A stretch of DNA of 64,000 nucleotides. Source: Dehalococcoidia bacterium (GTDB lineage: Bacteria; Chloroflexota; Dehalococcoidia; Lucifugimonadales; Lucifugimonadaceae). The stretch lies in assembly GCA_046583495.1 (NCBI GenBank), contig JAYGCF010000008.1:7-64006 (forward strand), read 5' to 3'. Below the pieces are notes generated by a model, which saw nothing but the letters and a program-made list of their open reading frames with translations, searched no databases and was not told the origin of the DNA. Position numbers and translations under genes: made by a program. Of the stretch, positions 9,424-17,916 are shown in pieces; positions within the stretch are counted from its first letter, which is position 1, and every line of letters begins with the position of its first letter.

Positions 9424-9498
9424 CTGTAGACAAATTACCCGCGTCCAAGATAAATCCGATAGGATTCCGGTTAATCGGCGTCGACACCCATTGTCGAC

Positions 9499-11178
9499 AT
9501 GATGAGAAGGTTCTACCAGGATGGAGATTTTCTGGGTATGTACACACTTGAAGTACAGAATCCCGTAGCTGAACAACGGGGTGTCGTGAACTCTTTCGCC
9601 TCCAGCCCACGGCCCAAGTCGCTAGACGGATTGACCGTAGGCTTACTCTGGAGCGGGACGCACGGAGGCGACGTTGCACTTAACACCGCAGGCGATCTGA
9701 TCAAGCAGCGGTTTAAAGATGTAACCGTCAATTTCTACAACGGTAACAATTATCCAGCGCCTGAGCACATACGGCAAAAATGTGCGGAGGAAAGTGACGT
9801 CGTAATTGGCGCCACTGCGGACTGAGGGACTTGCGCGTCGTGGATGTGCTACGACATGATCGAAATCGAAAAGACAGGTGTTCCCGCCGTCCCCATTGTT
9901 TCTGGGCGCTTTGTAGAAGACGCGGTAGCCAGCTCCCGCGCCTTTGGTATGCCTTCGCTTCAGTGGGTTGTGGTGCCGCGTATTTATCGCAATCTGGAGC
10001 ATGACCTGTGCAGGAGTCAAACGGTAGAAGTAATAGACGAACTCATTGGCCAACTCACCTCTGATATGGATGCGCGTCTATCTGAAATAGACACAGTTGG
10101 TGGGCGTATGTACGAGGCTCACGATCGTTACGAGGCTGTTCTCGCAATGAATGAAGACCTCATCGCCGAAGACCTCGGCGACGGACTGCCTCTGTTTCCC
10201 GCTACCAAAGAAGCGGTCGATGAGATGCTCACTGGAACAAGTCTCGCTCGCGACTATGTGGTGTGTGACATGCCACCGGGGTTTGGCATAGCTACAGTTG
10301 AGAAAATCGCCATTAATTCGGTGATGGCTGGAGCAAAACCTGAACATCTTCCGGTCGTAATAGCTGCTGTAAAAGCTCTTTCAAATATTCAGGCAGACGG
10401 CGGTAAGTCGTTACTCATGTCGACCAGTCCACAGGCGCCGTTTTTAATTGTTAACGGGCCGATCGTCGGTGAACTGGGATTCAACCCACGTTCTGCAATT
10501 GGGCCAGGGCGTGACAATCAGGTAAACACGATTGTCGGTCGAGCTTTTGCTCTGTGCTTTAGGAACATCGGCTATTGGTACCCCGGGAAGATGGATATGG
10601 ATACCATCGGTACGACCCGTAAGTTTATCCAGTGCATAGCCGAGAACGAAGAGATGAGTCCTTGGGATCCATTCCATGTGGACCAGGGTTTCAATCGAGA
10701 AGAGAGCACGATAAGTATCTTCATTACGGACGGAGAACTGGATCAGCAGGACCAGGGCAATACGACCGCTGAAGGGCTACTTAAAAACCTTGCTTACGGT
10801 TGCGTATTCGGTACCAAAAGCATTCAGGAAAAGGGACATACCCAAAGACTTATCTTGATGCCGCCAGACGTGGCTGGTCCCGTCGGAAAGCAGGAGTTTA
10901 CTAAACAGGCAGCCAAGGAATTTATTCAGGCGAATGCCAATCATTCCTTGGGGAAAATGATTCATTACATGCCCCTTGAGGGCGAGGCTAGGGTTGCGGA
11001 TAAATGGAAATGGCTTGAAAACATGACCGAGGAACAGCGACTCGAAATCGAATTCCCTGTGATGGATTCAGCCGATGACTGCTACATCCTCGTCGTTGGG
11101 GCGGACCGTGCGAAGACTGCGATTCTTCCAAGTGGACCGGCTCCTTCGACGGAAGGCATCGATCAGTACCGTCCTTGA
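9499..11178 (+). CDS. candidate selenoprotein: UGSC-type (U-x-x-C) N-terminal module fused to an uncharacterised C-terminal domain; TGA 9823-9825 read as Sec
   Basis: ORFs 9499..9825 and 9844..11178 share a frame and are separated only by TGA plus 18 stop-free nt. Read-through gives ...VVIGATAD-U-GTCASWMCYD.... There is no SD before ATG 9844. A hairpin starts 11 nt after the TGA. The 5' start is uncertain (9499/9502/9538). Confidence 0.55.
9837..9855 (+). promoter_or_regulatory. SECIS-like stem-loop
   Basis: GUCGUGG-AUGUG-CUACGAC has 7 bp (one G-U wobble) and a 5-nt loop containing GU. The 11-nt spacer from the UGA matches the geometry of the minimal E. coli fdhF SECIS. Confidence 0.45.
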
Positions 11179-11278
11179 ACTTGAAGGAGTTGTAGGAAGA
11201 GCGATATATGGCGAGAGCCATGACTTAACAACACTGTTGTGGCGAGGATTCTTTTCCGATGCCAGTTGAGAGATATAA

Positions 11279-11944
11279 ATGCTTGGACTTGTAACCATCG
11301 GACAGACACCAAGACCGGATTTTGAGGCGTCGTTTACTGAGCACGTACCAGGGGTGAAATTCCGGATTGCTGGTGCTCTCGATGGATTTGCGAGGGAAGA
11401 CATTGATGCCTTGTCCAGAGAGTCGGGAGCTTATCCGCTGCATATGCTTTTGGCCGACGGATCGACCTGTGACATACAACTGGAAACATTGCAGCCAATA
11501 GTTGAAAAGACAATGCTGGACCTGGTGAATGACGGAGCCACGGCCATCGGGCTGTTGTGCACTGGGCGATTCCCTGACTTTGAGGTTGGTGTTCCCGTCC
11601 TTGAACCGGGAAAACTTTTGCCCGCTGTGGCTGGCGCTATAGCGACTTCTGGACGTGTCGGTGTGGTGACTCCGATCGAATCGCAGCGAGCCATTGCACA
11701 GCACATATGGGAAACTGACGGCTTTACTCCGACCGTAGCAGTCAGTTCCCCATATCACGAGGGCGAAATTGGAGCTGCAGCTGCAGTTATGGTTGATGCA
11801 AATCCGGAGTTGGTGGTGCTTGATTGCATGGGCTTAGGACCGACTCATCGAGACGAATTCACCCGTCTCTCGGGGCGCCCTACGTTGACGGCGCAGACCT
11901 TACTAGCCAAAGTGGCCGGCGAATTGGTCGGCAGTCTCGGTTAG
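11279..11944 (+). CDS. AroM-family protein (Asp/Glu-racemase-like fold, function unknown)
   Basis: Collinear similarity to E. coli AroM as I recall it: LGLVTIGQTP, LEPGKLLPAVAGAI, VGVVTPIES, LVVLDCMGLGPTHRDEF...LLAKVAGELV. Confidence 0.8.
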   Translation: MLGLVTIGQTPRPDFEASFTEHVPGVKFRIAGALDGFAREDIDALSRESGAYPLHMLLADGSTCDIQLETLQPIVEKTMLDLVNDGATAIGLLCTGRFPDFEVGVPVLEPGKLLPAVAGAIATSGRVGVVTPIESQRAIAQHIWETDGFTPTVAVSSPYHEGEIGAAAAVMVDANPELVVLDCMGLGPTHRDEFTRLSGRPTLTAQTLLAKVAGELVGSLG

Positions 11945-12075
11945 TACCCGATTGGAACTGGACCAAACTGTTCCAATAAATATGCCGGTCCTGTGCTAAT
12001 CTTCCACGCGGCTTAAACCGGTAGTCACCTCGCATCGTCGAGGACGCAGTTACCTAACAGAATGAGGTCTCATTG

Positions 12076-13728
12076 ATGGCGAAAATGACGGGCGGCGAGG
12101 CGATTGCTAAATCGCTGGTTCGCGAGGGCGTTGAGGTGGTTTTTGGCCTCCCCGGCGTCCAGCTTTACGGGATTATGGCAGGGCTTCGTGATGAGCCGAC
12201 TGTTCGGTTTATTACAACAAGGCACGAACAGGCGACCGGTTATATGGCTGATGGTTATGCTCGTGCCGGTGGCGGACCTGGATTCGGGACAGCACTCGTA
12301 GTGCCTGGTCCTGGGCTACTTAATGCGGCTGGTGGACTTTCCACCGCCTACTCGGTTTCTTCCCCCGTTTTCATGATCTCGGGTCAGGTTCAGCGTGACT
12401 TCATCGGAAAAGATGTGGGGATGTTGCACGAGGTTAACGACCAACTAACCTTGATCGATCCCATAACAAAATGGGCCAAGCGCGTCATGACAGTCGGAGA
12501 GATTCCTTCAGCTGTGCAGGAGGCTGTATATCAACTCAAGACTGGACGGCCTCGTCCGGTTGAGATAGAAGTACCACCCGAAACAATGGAAGAGCAGGGT
12601 GAAGCCGTCCTTCTCGATCCAAAAGAGGCGATACGAGCGGCAGCAGATTCGGCGAGAATAGATACCGCTGCGGAGATGCTGATCAACGCGAAGAACCCAG
12701 TGATCATCGCCGGTGGCGGTGTTTCACTTGGGAATGCACATGATGCGCTGGTCGAGTTGGCAGAAGTACTTCAAGCCGGTGTGTTCACGACTCTAAACGG
12801 CAAATCTGCGATTCCGTGGACTAACCCGTTCAACCTTGGAATGAACCGCGGGCCCAGTGCGTCTACCCCTGCGGGGGCATATTACGCAGAGGCCGATGTC
12901 ATTGTTGGGATTGGTTCTCGTCTGGCAGGTCTGGGGGGGTCGATCGTACCGGGTGACAAGCAACTGATACATATTGATATCGACTCCGAAGAGATCGGCC
13001 GGAGCCACGAAAACACGTATGGGCTTTCTGGTGATGCGGGAAAAACCATGAAGGAACTGGCGTCACGGATTAAATCGTCAGGTTCACGTCCTTCCCAGAT
13101 CGCAAAAATCTCCGAAATTAAAAATACCGTTTTCGACTCTGCTCCGGGCACCCAGCCTCAATGGGATATCTTACGAAGTCTCCAGGCTGGCGCCCCTGAT
13201 GACACCATTCTCATTCCTGACAGCACCCAGATCGGCTATTACAGTATGGCCTACTGGAAGATCGCATCACGGAACTCCTACCTTGGTTCCGGCTATTCTG
13301 GGAACCTGGGTTACGCCTTCCCAACCGGACTTGGTGCGAAAGTAGCTCAACCTGATCGACCGGTCGTTGTTGTCGCCGGTGATGGGGGTTTTATGTACAA
13401 CGTCTCTGAGATGGCCACTGCAGTACAGCACGGTATCAATCTGGTCACAGTCGTGTTCAACGATAACGCTTACGGTAACGTCGGACGCGACTTGGATATA
13501 GGTTGGGGTGGCCAGTACGGCACTGACCTTCACAATCCGGACTTCCCAAGACTGGCGAGGTCATTTGGTATGGAAGCGATTCAGGTTAAAGATCCAACCA
13601 AAGTTGGAGACTCCCTGAAAGATGCAATCCAGATGGATAAACCGGTGCTCGTAGAAGTACCGGTCGATCGTATGCCGGTTCCGGGATTTTTTGGTCAACG
13701 CCCACAGGCACCAAAACGACCGGAGTAG
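12076..13728 (+). CDS. thiamine-diphosphate-dependent enzyme (acetolactate-synthase-like family), paralog 1
   Basis: N-terminal Pyr domain with catalytic Glu context TTRHEQATGYMADGYAR. TPP-binding motif GDGGF...NDNAYGNV. Confidence 0.9.
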   Translation: MAKMTGGEAIAKSLVREGVEVVFGLPGVQLYGIMAGLRDEPTVRFITTRHEQATGYMADGYARAGGGPGFGTALVVPGPGLLNAAGGLSTAYSVSSPVFMISGQVQRDFIGKDVGMLHEVNDQLTLIDPITKWAKRVMTVGEIPSAVQEAVYQLKTGRPRPVEIEVPPETMEEQGEAVLLDPKEAIRAAADSARIDTAAEMLINAKNPVIIAGGGVSLGNAHDALVELAEVLQAGVFTTLNGKSAIPWTNPFNLGMNRGPSASTPAGAYYAEADVIVGIGSRLAGLGGSIVPGDKQLIHIDIDSEEIGRSHENTYGLSGDAGKTMKELASRIKSSGSRPSQIAKISEIKNTVFDSAPGTQPQWDILRSLQAGAPDDTILIPDSTQIGYYSMAYWKIASRNSYLGSGYSGNLGYAFPTGLGAKVAQPDRPVVVVAGDGGFMYNVSEMATAVQHGINLVTVVFNDNAYGNVGRDLDIGWGGQYGTDLHNPDFPRLARSFGMEAIQVKDPTKVGDSLKDAIQMDKPVLVEVPVDRMPVPGFFGQRPQAPKRPE

Positions 13729-13828
13729 TCAGAATTACATCAAACGAAATTCCTAACGTCCGGCCGTCAGGCCGCACACCCCCGAACGGTACGCTCGGCG
13801 TGCTGATCAATTCGAAGGAGAGTCCTGA

Positions 13829-15475
13829 ATGGCGCAAATGACCGGAGGCGAGGCACTCGCCAAATCGCTCTATAGAGAAGGCGTCCGAGTAATGTTTGGA
13901 CTGCCCGGGATTCAGATGTACGGCATTATGTCGGCGTTGCGGGACGAGCCTGGAATCAGGTTCATAACCACCCGTCATGAACAGGCCACGGGATACATGG
14001 CAGACGGCTATGCCCGGGCGGGTGGAGAAGGTGGTTTCGGTACGGCTCTGGTTGTTCCGGGTCCTGGACTTCTTAACGCTGCAGGCGCACTCAGTACTGC
14101 GTATTCAACATCATCTCCTGTGCTGATGGTTTCTGGACAGGTGCAACGCGACTACATAGGTGGCGATGTTGGCATGCTCCATGAGGTTAACGACCAGATG
14201 GAAGCGATAAAGCCGATCACCAAGTTCCAACGCCGTGCACTACAAGTGGGGGATATCCCTCAAGCCGTACACGACGCTGTTCTTGCTATGAAGACCGGAC
14301 GACCCCGCCCAGTCGAGATCGAGATTCCACCGGAGACCCTCGAAGAATGGGGGGAGGCGGAACTGCTTGAAGCAAGCAATCCACTGAGGCCTGCTGCACC
14401 TACGAAAGACATCGAAAAAGCTGTGGATATGCTCTCGGCTGCCAAACGCCCGGTGATATTCGCCGGTGGTGGAGTGGTCCTTGGAGACGCAGGTGAAGAA
14501 CTTCGTGCGGTCGCTGAACATTTGCAGGCTGGCGTCGTGATGACAGCAGAGGGCAAAGGGGCGATCGATAGTCGCCACCCGTTGGCGGTCGGATCTGCAC
14601 TAAGCCCCAATAGTCCAACGGTTGAGTACCTGCAGTCTGCAGACGTTGTGCTCGCCGTCGGGTCCCGATTGGTTCGAGCGGGGATCAGTCCGAACCAAAC
14701 CGTGATCCAGCTGGATATCGACCCGGATGAAATTGGTCGGAATTATTCTGACGCCCATGGTCTGGCAGGTGATGCGTCAGCAACCCTCAGTTCCTTGCTT
14801 GAAGGACTCAAAGCGAACGGTGGCCAGCGCGATTCAGCTGCTAACGAGATTGGAACCGTAAGGGAGGCCGCCGACGCCCTTGCGCCGGGCACGCAACCAC
14901 AGGGCGATATCCTGAAGAGCATCAGAGATAACACTCCTGACGATACTCTTATGGTGAGCGGAATGACTCAGGTTGGCTACTACAGCCGATCCCACTGGAA
15001 AACCTATGGCCCGCGTAGTTTCTTCACCTCTGGCTACTCTGGAAACCTGGGTTACGCCTTTCCAACCGGACTGGGCGTGAAGGTGGCTCAGCCGGACAAG
15101 CCGGTGGTGATTACTTCTGGCGATGGTGGATTCCTGTATTCCTCTCAGGAACTAGCAACTGCTGTTCAGCACAACATCAACGCCATTGTTGTCGTCTTCA
15201 ACGATAACGCGTATGGGAATGTGTCTCGTGACCTGGACAATATGTGGGGTGGGACATATGGCGCAGAATTGCACAATCCGGACTTCGTTGAGATGGCCGA
15301 GGCTTACGGTGTAAAGGGCATGAAGGTCGACGAGCCGTCCGAAGTCGGCGGTGCAGTTGCTGATGCCATTCAGATGGATCGGCCAGTGCTGATTGAAGTT
15401 CCGGTAGGTCGGATGCCGCAGCCAGCAATGTTCCGGGGATCAGACCCAGACACGACCGGCTCGAAAAGCAAGTAG
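13829..15475 (+). CDS. thiamine-diphosphate-dependent enzyme (acetolactate-synthase-like family), paralog 2
   Basis: Collinear with the upstream gene over its full length, with the same motifs (TTRHEQATGYMADGYAR; GDGGF...NDNAYGNV). This is a tandem duplicate. Confidence 0.9.
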   Translation: MAQMTGGEALAKSLYREGVRVMFGLPGIQMYGIMSALRDEPGIRFITTRHEQATGYMADGYARAGGEGGFGTALVVPGPGLLNAAGALSTAYSTSSPVLMVSGQVQRDYIGGDVGMLHEVNDQMEAIKPITKFQRRALQVGDIPQAVHDAVLAMKTGRPRPVEIEIPPETLEEWGEAELLEASNPLRPAAPTKDIEKAVDMLSAAKRPVIFAGGGVVLGDAGEELRAVAEHLQAGVVMTAEGKGAIDSRHPLAVGSALSPNSPTVEYLQSADVVLAVGSRLVRAGISPNQTVIQLDIDPDEIGRNYSDAHGLAGDASATLSSLLEGLKANGGQRDSAANEIGTVREAADALAPGTQPQGDILKSIRDNTPDDTLMVSGMTQVGYYSRSHWKTYGPRSFFTSGYSGNLGYAFPTGLGVKVAQPDKPVVITSGDGGFLYSSQELATAVQHNINAIVVVFNDNAYGNVSRDLDNMWGGTYGAELHNPDFVEMAEAYGVKGMKVDEPSEVGGAVADAIQMDRPVLIEVPVGRMPQPAMFRGSDPDTTGSKSK

Positions 15476-15516
15476 CAATCTACCTAGAGACGGGAACGTG
15501 ACGTAACATCAAATCA

Positions 15517-15546
15517 AGGACAGCTCCGATAACTCGGGGCTGTCCT
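15517..15546 (+). terminator. hairpin downstream of the second TPP gene (terminator-like, no U-tract)
   Basis: AGGACAGC-tccgataactcggg-GCTGTCCT with an inner CCGA/TCGG pairing. It is followed by CGCG rather than a T run. Confidence 0.35.
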
Positions 15547-15700
15547 CGCGTAACGGGTATAGCGGATTTGATAGTTTGGTACCTCACCTTAAACTTGACA
15601 TCGCTGACTGATGGAGTAGCGTGACTGACCGTTCACGCGGACACCTCTTAGTGCGAGTCCGCTCCCCAAATACCCGGTGGCCCTGTAATAGAGGACTTTG

Positions 15701-16474
15701 ATGTATCCGAATCCCCTTAAGAAGAAAATCCAGGACGGCAAATTGGTTCTGGGTACGGCTCTGCCTACACATGACATACGAATTGCGGCGGCTATCGCTT
15801 ACGACTGCACAGCGGACTTCATATGGATTGACCAGGAGCACTCTCCGTTTGGCCCTCGTGACATGGAGATGATCCCGATTGTGCTGCGACAGCAGGGAGT
15901 TGCGCCTATGGTTCGTGTGCCGTGGAATGATCCTACGCATATTAAGAAAGCCTTTGATGCAGGGGCGTCATCTGTGATGGTTCCTCAGATTGGAAACGTT
16001 GAGGAAGCCAAACAGGCAATCCAGTACGCCAAGTATCCCCCGCTGGGCAATAGGGGTATCTCTCCGACGTGGCCTGCGCTGGCCGGAGAGGACTTCATAG
16101 ATGTGATCAATTCGGCGAATGATGAGACGGTTCTAATACTGCAGATGGAGTCGGTTGAACACTACGAACAGGTCGACGAGATATTGGCGCTAGAGGGTTT
16201 CGACGTGCTACTGGTTGGTCCAATGGACCTCTCTGCTTCACTTGGGGTTATGACAGACATGCAACACCCGAAGGTTCAGGCCATTATGGAAGAGATGCCG
16301 AAGAGGGCCGAGGGTAGTGGCAAGATTATCGGTACTACTCTTGGTGACCCGGAGGAGATTAGACAAAAGGTTGACTGGGGATACAAATTTCTCAACCTTG
16401 GATCACCGTTAGGATTTGGTATCAACTTCGTTAACGACCGATTCGTTGAGTATCGGGCACAGGCCGGAAATTAA
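15701..16474 (+). CDS. HpcH/HpaI-family class II aldolase (2-keto-3-deoxy-acid aldolase-like)
   Basis: ADFIWIDQEHSP, MVRVPWND, GASSVMVPQIGNVEEAKQAIQYAKYPPLGNRG and LLVGPMDLSASLG are typical of the family. ATG follows GAGGA. Confidence 0.85.
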   Translation: MYPNPLKKKIQDGKLVLGTALPTHDIRIAAAIAYDCTADFIWIDQEHSPFGPRDMEMIPIVLRQQGVAPMVRVPWNDPTHIKKAFDAGASSVMVPQIGNVEEAKQAIQYAKYPPLGNRGISPTWPALAGEDFIDVINSANDETVLILQMESVEHYEQVDEILALEGFDVLLVGPMDLSASLGVMTDMQHPKVQAIMEEMPKRAEGSGKIIGTTLGDPEEIRQKVDWGYKFLNLGSPLGFGINFVNDRFVEYRAQAGN

Positions 16475-16568
16475 TTCGACATCAGAGATTGTCACATCTA
16501 CCCTTCACACAACGATTCGTGGGCTTTCGCGCCTGAGCGGTCGAGTTCGTAACTGGAGTACAAAATAA

Positions 16569-17678
16569 ATGGTTCTGCCAAGGTTTCGAGTACCTGAAGA
16601 TATTGCGATACGTGTTCCACAGGAGAACATGCGTGCCACTCTCGAGGACATGTTTCAGCACGTGGGCATGTCACCGGAGGACGCTAAACAGGCGGCAGAT
16701 GTCCTGTTGTTTGCTGATCTCAGGGCAATAGAGACTCATGGCGTGTCGAATATGATGCGTTCGTATATGGAACGTTTTGCCGCCGAAGATATTAACCCGC
16801 GTCCTAACTGGACAGTGCTTAGAGAATCTCTTTCAACGGCGACTATAGATAGCGATTCAGGTCACGGTCTTGTTATCGGACCTTTGGCCATGAATATGGC
16901 GATTGAAAAGGCTGAAAAAACGGGAATAGGGTCGGTTGCGGTCGGAAATGGGCGACATTTTGGTGCCGCCGCATACCACGCAATGATGGCATTGCCTCAC
17001 GACATGATTGGCGTGGCGATGACGGTCGGTGGAATAAATGTGTTGCCTACGTGGAGCTCAGAGCCGTTGATAGGACTGAATCCGATTGGATTCGCAGCTC
17101 CGACTCGTAACGAAGCCCCGTTTGTTTTTGATGCCGCAATGAGCAGTGTGGCTGGCAACAAGGCGACACTCGCTAAACGTCTGGGTGTAAAGATGATGCC
17201 AGGATGGATCGCTGACGAGAACGGTTCACCAATTATGGAAGAAACGGATGTTCCCGAGAAATCATTCATGCTTCCCGTAGGTGGCACGCGAGAACTTGGT
17301 TCCCATAAGGGTTATGGGTTGTCCGTGATGGTTGACATCCTTTGCGGTGTGCTGTCAGGCACCGGCCCAGGATTTGTGGTTAAGGGACGGGCAGAGCAGG
17401 GCAAAGCTTCGGGTGGGGCGGCTACGCACCACTTCACCGCATACAAAGTTGAGGCATTTACGGATCTCGAAGGGTTCAAGGATGATATGGATCACTTCAT
17501 GAAAACCCTCAAAGACTCGAAGCCAGCGCCCGGAAATGACAGGGTGGTTTACGCTGGGTTGCCAGAGCACGAAGACAACATTGATCGACAGGCTAACGGT
17601 ATTCCATACCATCCCGAGGTGATCGACTGGTTCCGTGACATCACTTCCGAGCTGGAAATCGAGTGGCGTCTCACTTAG
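16569..17678 (+). CDS. Ldh_2-family (malate/L-lactate dehydrogenase 2) NAD(P)H oxidoreductase
   Basis: 369 aa. ETHGVSNMMRSY motif, GNGRHFGAAAYHA and GSHKGYGLS are typical of the Ldh_2/ureidoglycolate-DH/pyrroline-2-carboxylate-reductase family. Confidence 0.85.
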   Translation: MVLPRFRVPEDIAIRVPQENMRATLEDMFQHVGMSPEDAKQAADVLLFADLRAIETHGVSNMMRSYMERFAAEDINPRPNWTVLRESLSTATIDSDSGHGLVIGPLAMNMAIEKAEKTGIGSVAVGNGRHFGAAAYHAMMALPHDMIGVAMTVGGINVLPTWSSEPLIGLNPIGFAAPTRNEAPFVFDAAMSSVAGNKATLAKRLGVKMMPGWIADENGSPIMEETDVPEKSFMLPVGGTRELGSHKGYGLSVMVDILCGVLSGTGPGFVVKGRAEQGKASGGAATHHFTAYKVEAFTDLEGFKDDMDHFMKTLKDSKPAPGNDRVVYAGLPEHEDNIDRQANGIPYHPEVIDWFRDITSELEIEWRLT

Positions 17679-17916
17679 GCCTTCTGATTAGTATTCTCTC
17701 GAATATCTACTAAGCTACCCCGCCGGGATCTTGTGCGCCGGTGTCGTGCGAATCATAGGGCGCTGACTCTGGCTTCTGATCGCCTGCGCCGTCAACGACC
17801 TACCCGGCAAGATAGAGTGGGATGTTTCAGTCATTTTGCTGGGGTGGGTGTTTCCGGTGCAGGATAAAGTCGGCTTCGCCGGTCAACGAGGTGAAATATT
17901 CGGTGCCGGCGTGAAA

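Noticed and set aside
12076-15475. The two TPP enzymes as biosynthetic acetolactate synthase large subunits (ilvB/ilvG).
   Set aside because: There is no ilvN small subunit, ilvC or ilvD nearby. The pair is a tandem paralog embedded among catabolic genes. I kept the generic family call only.
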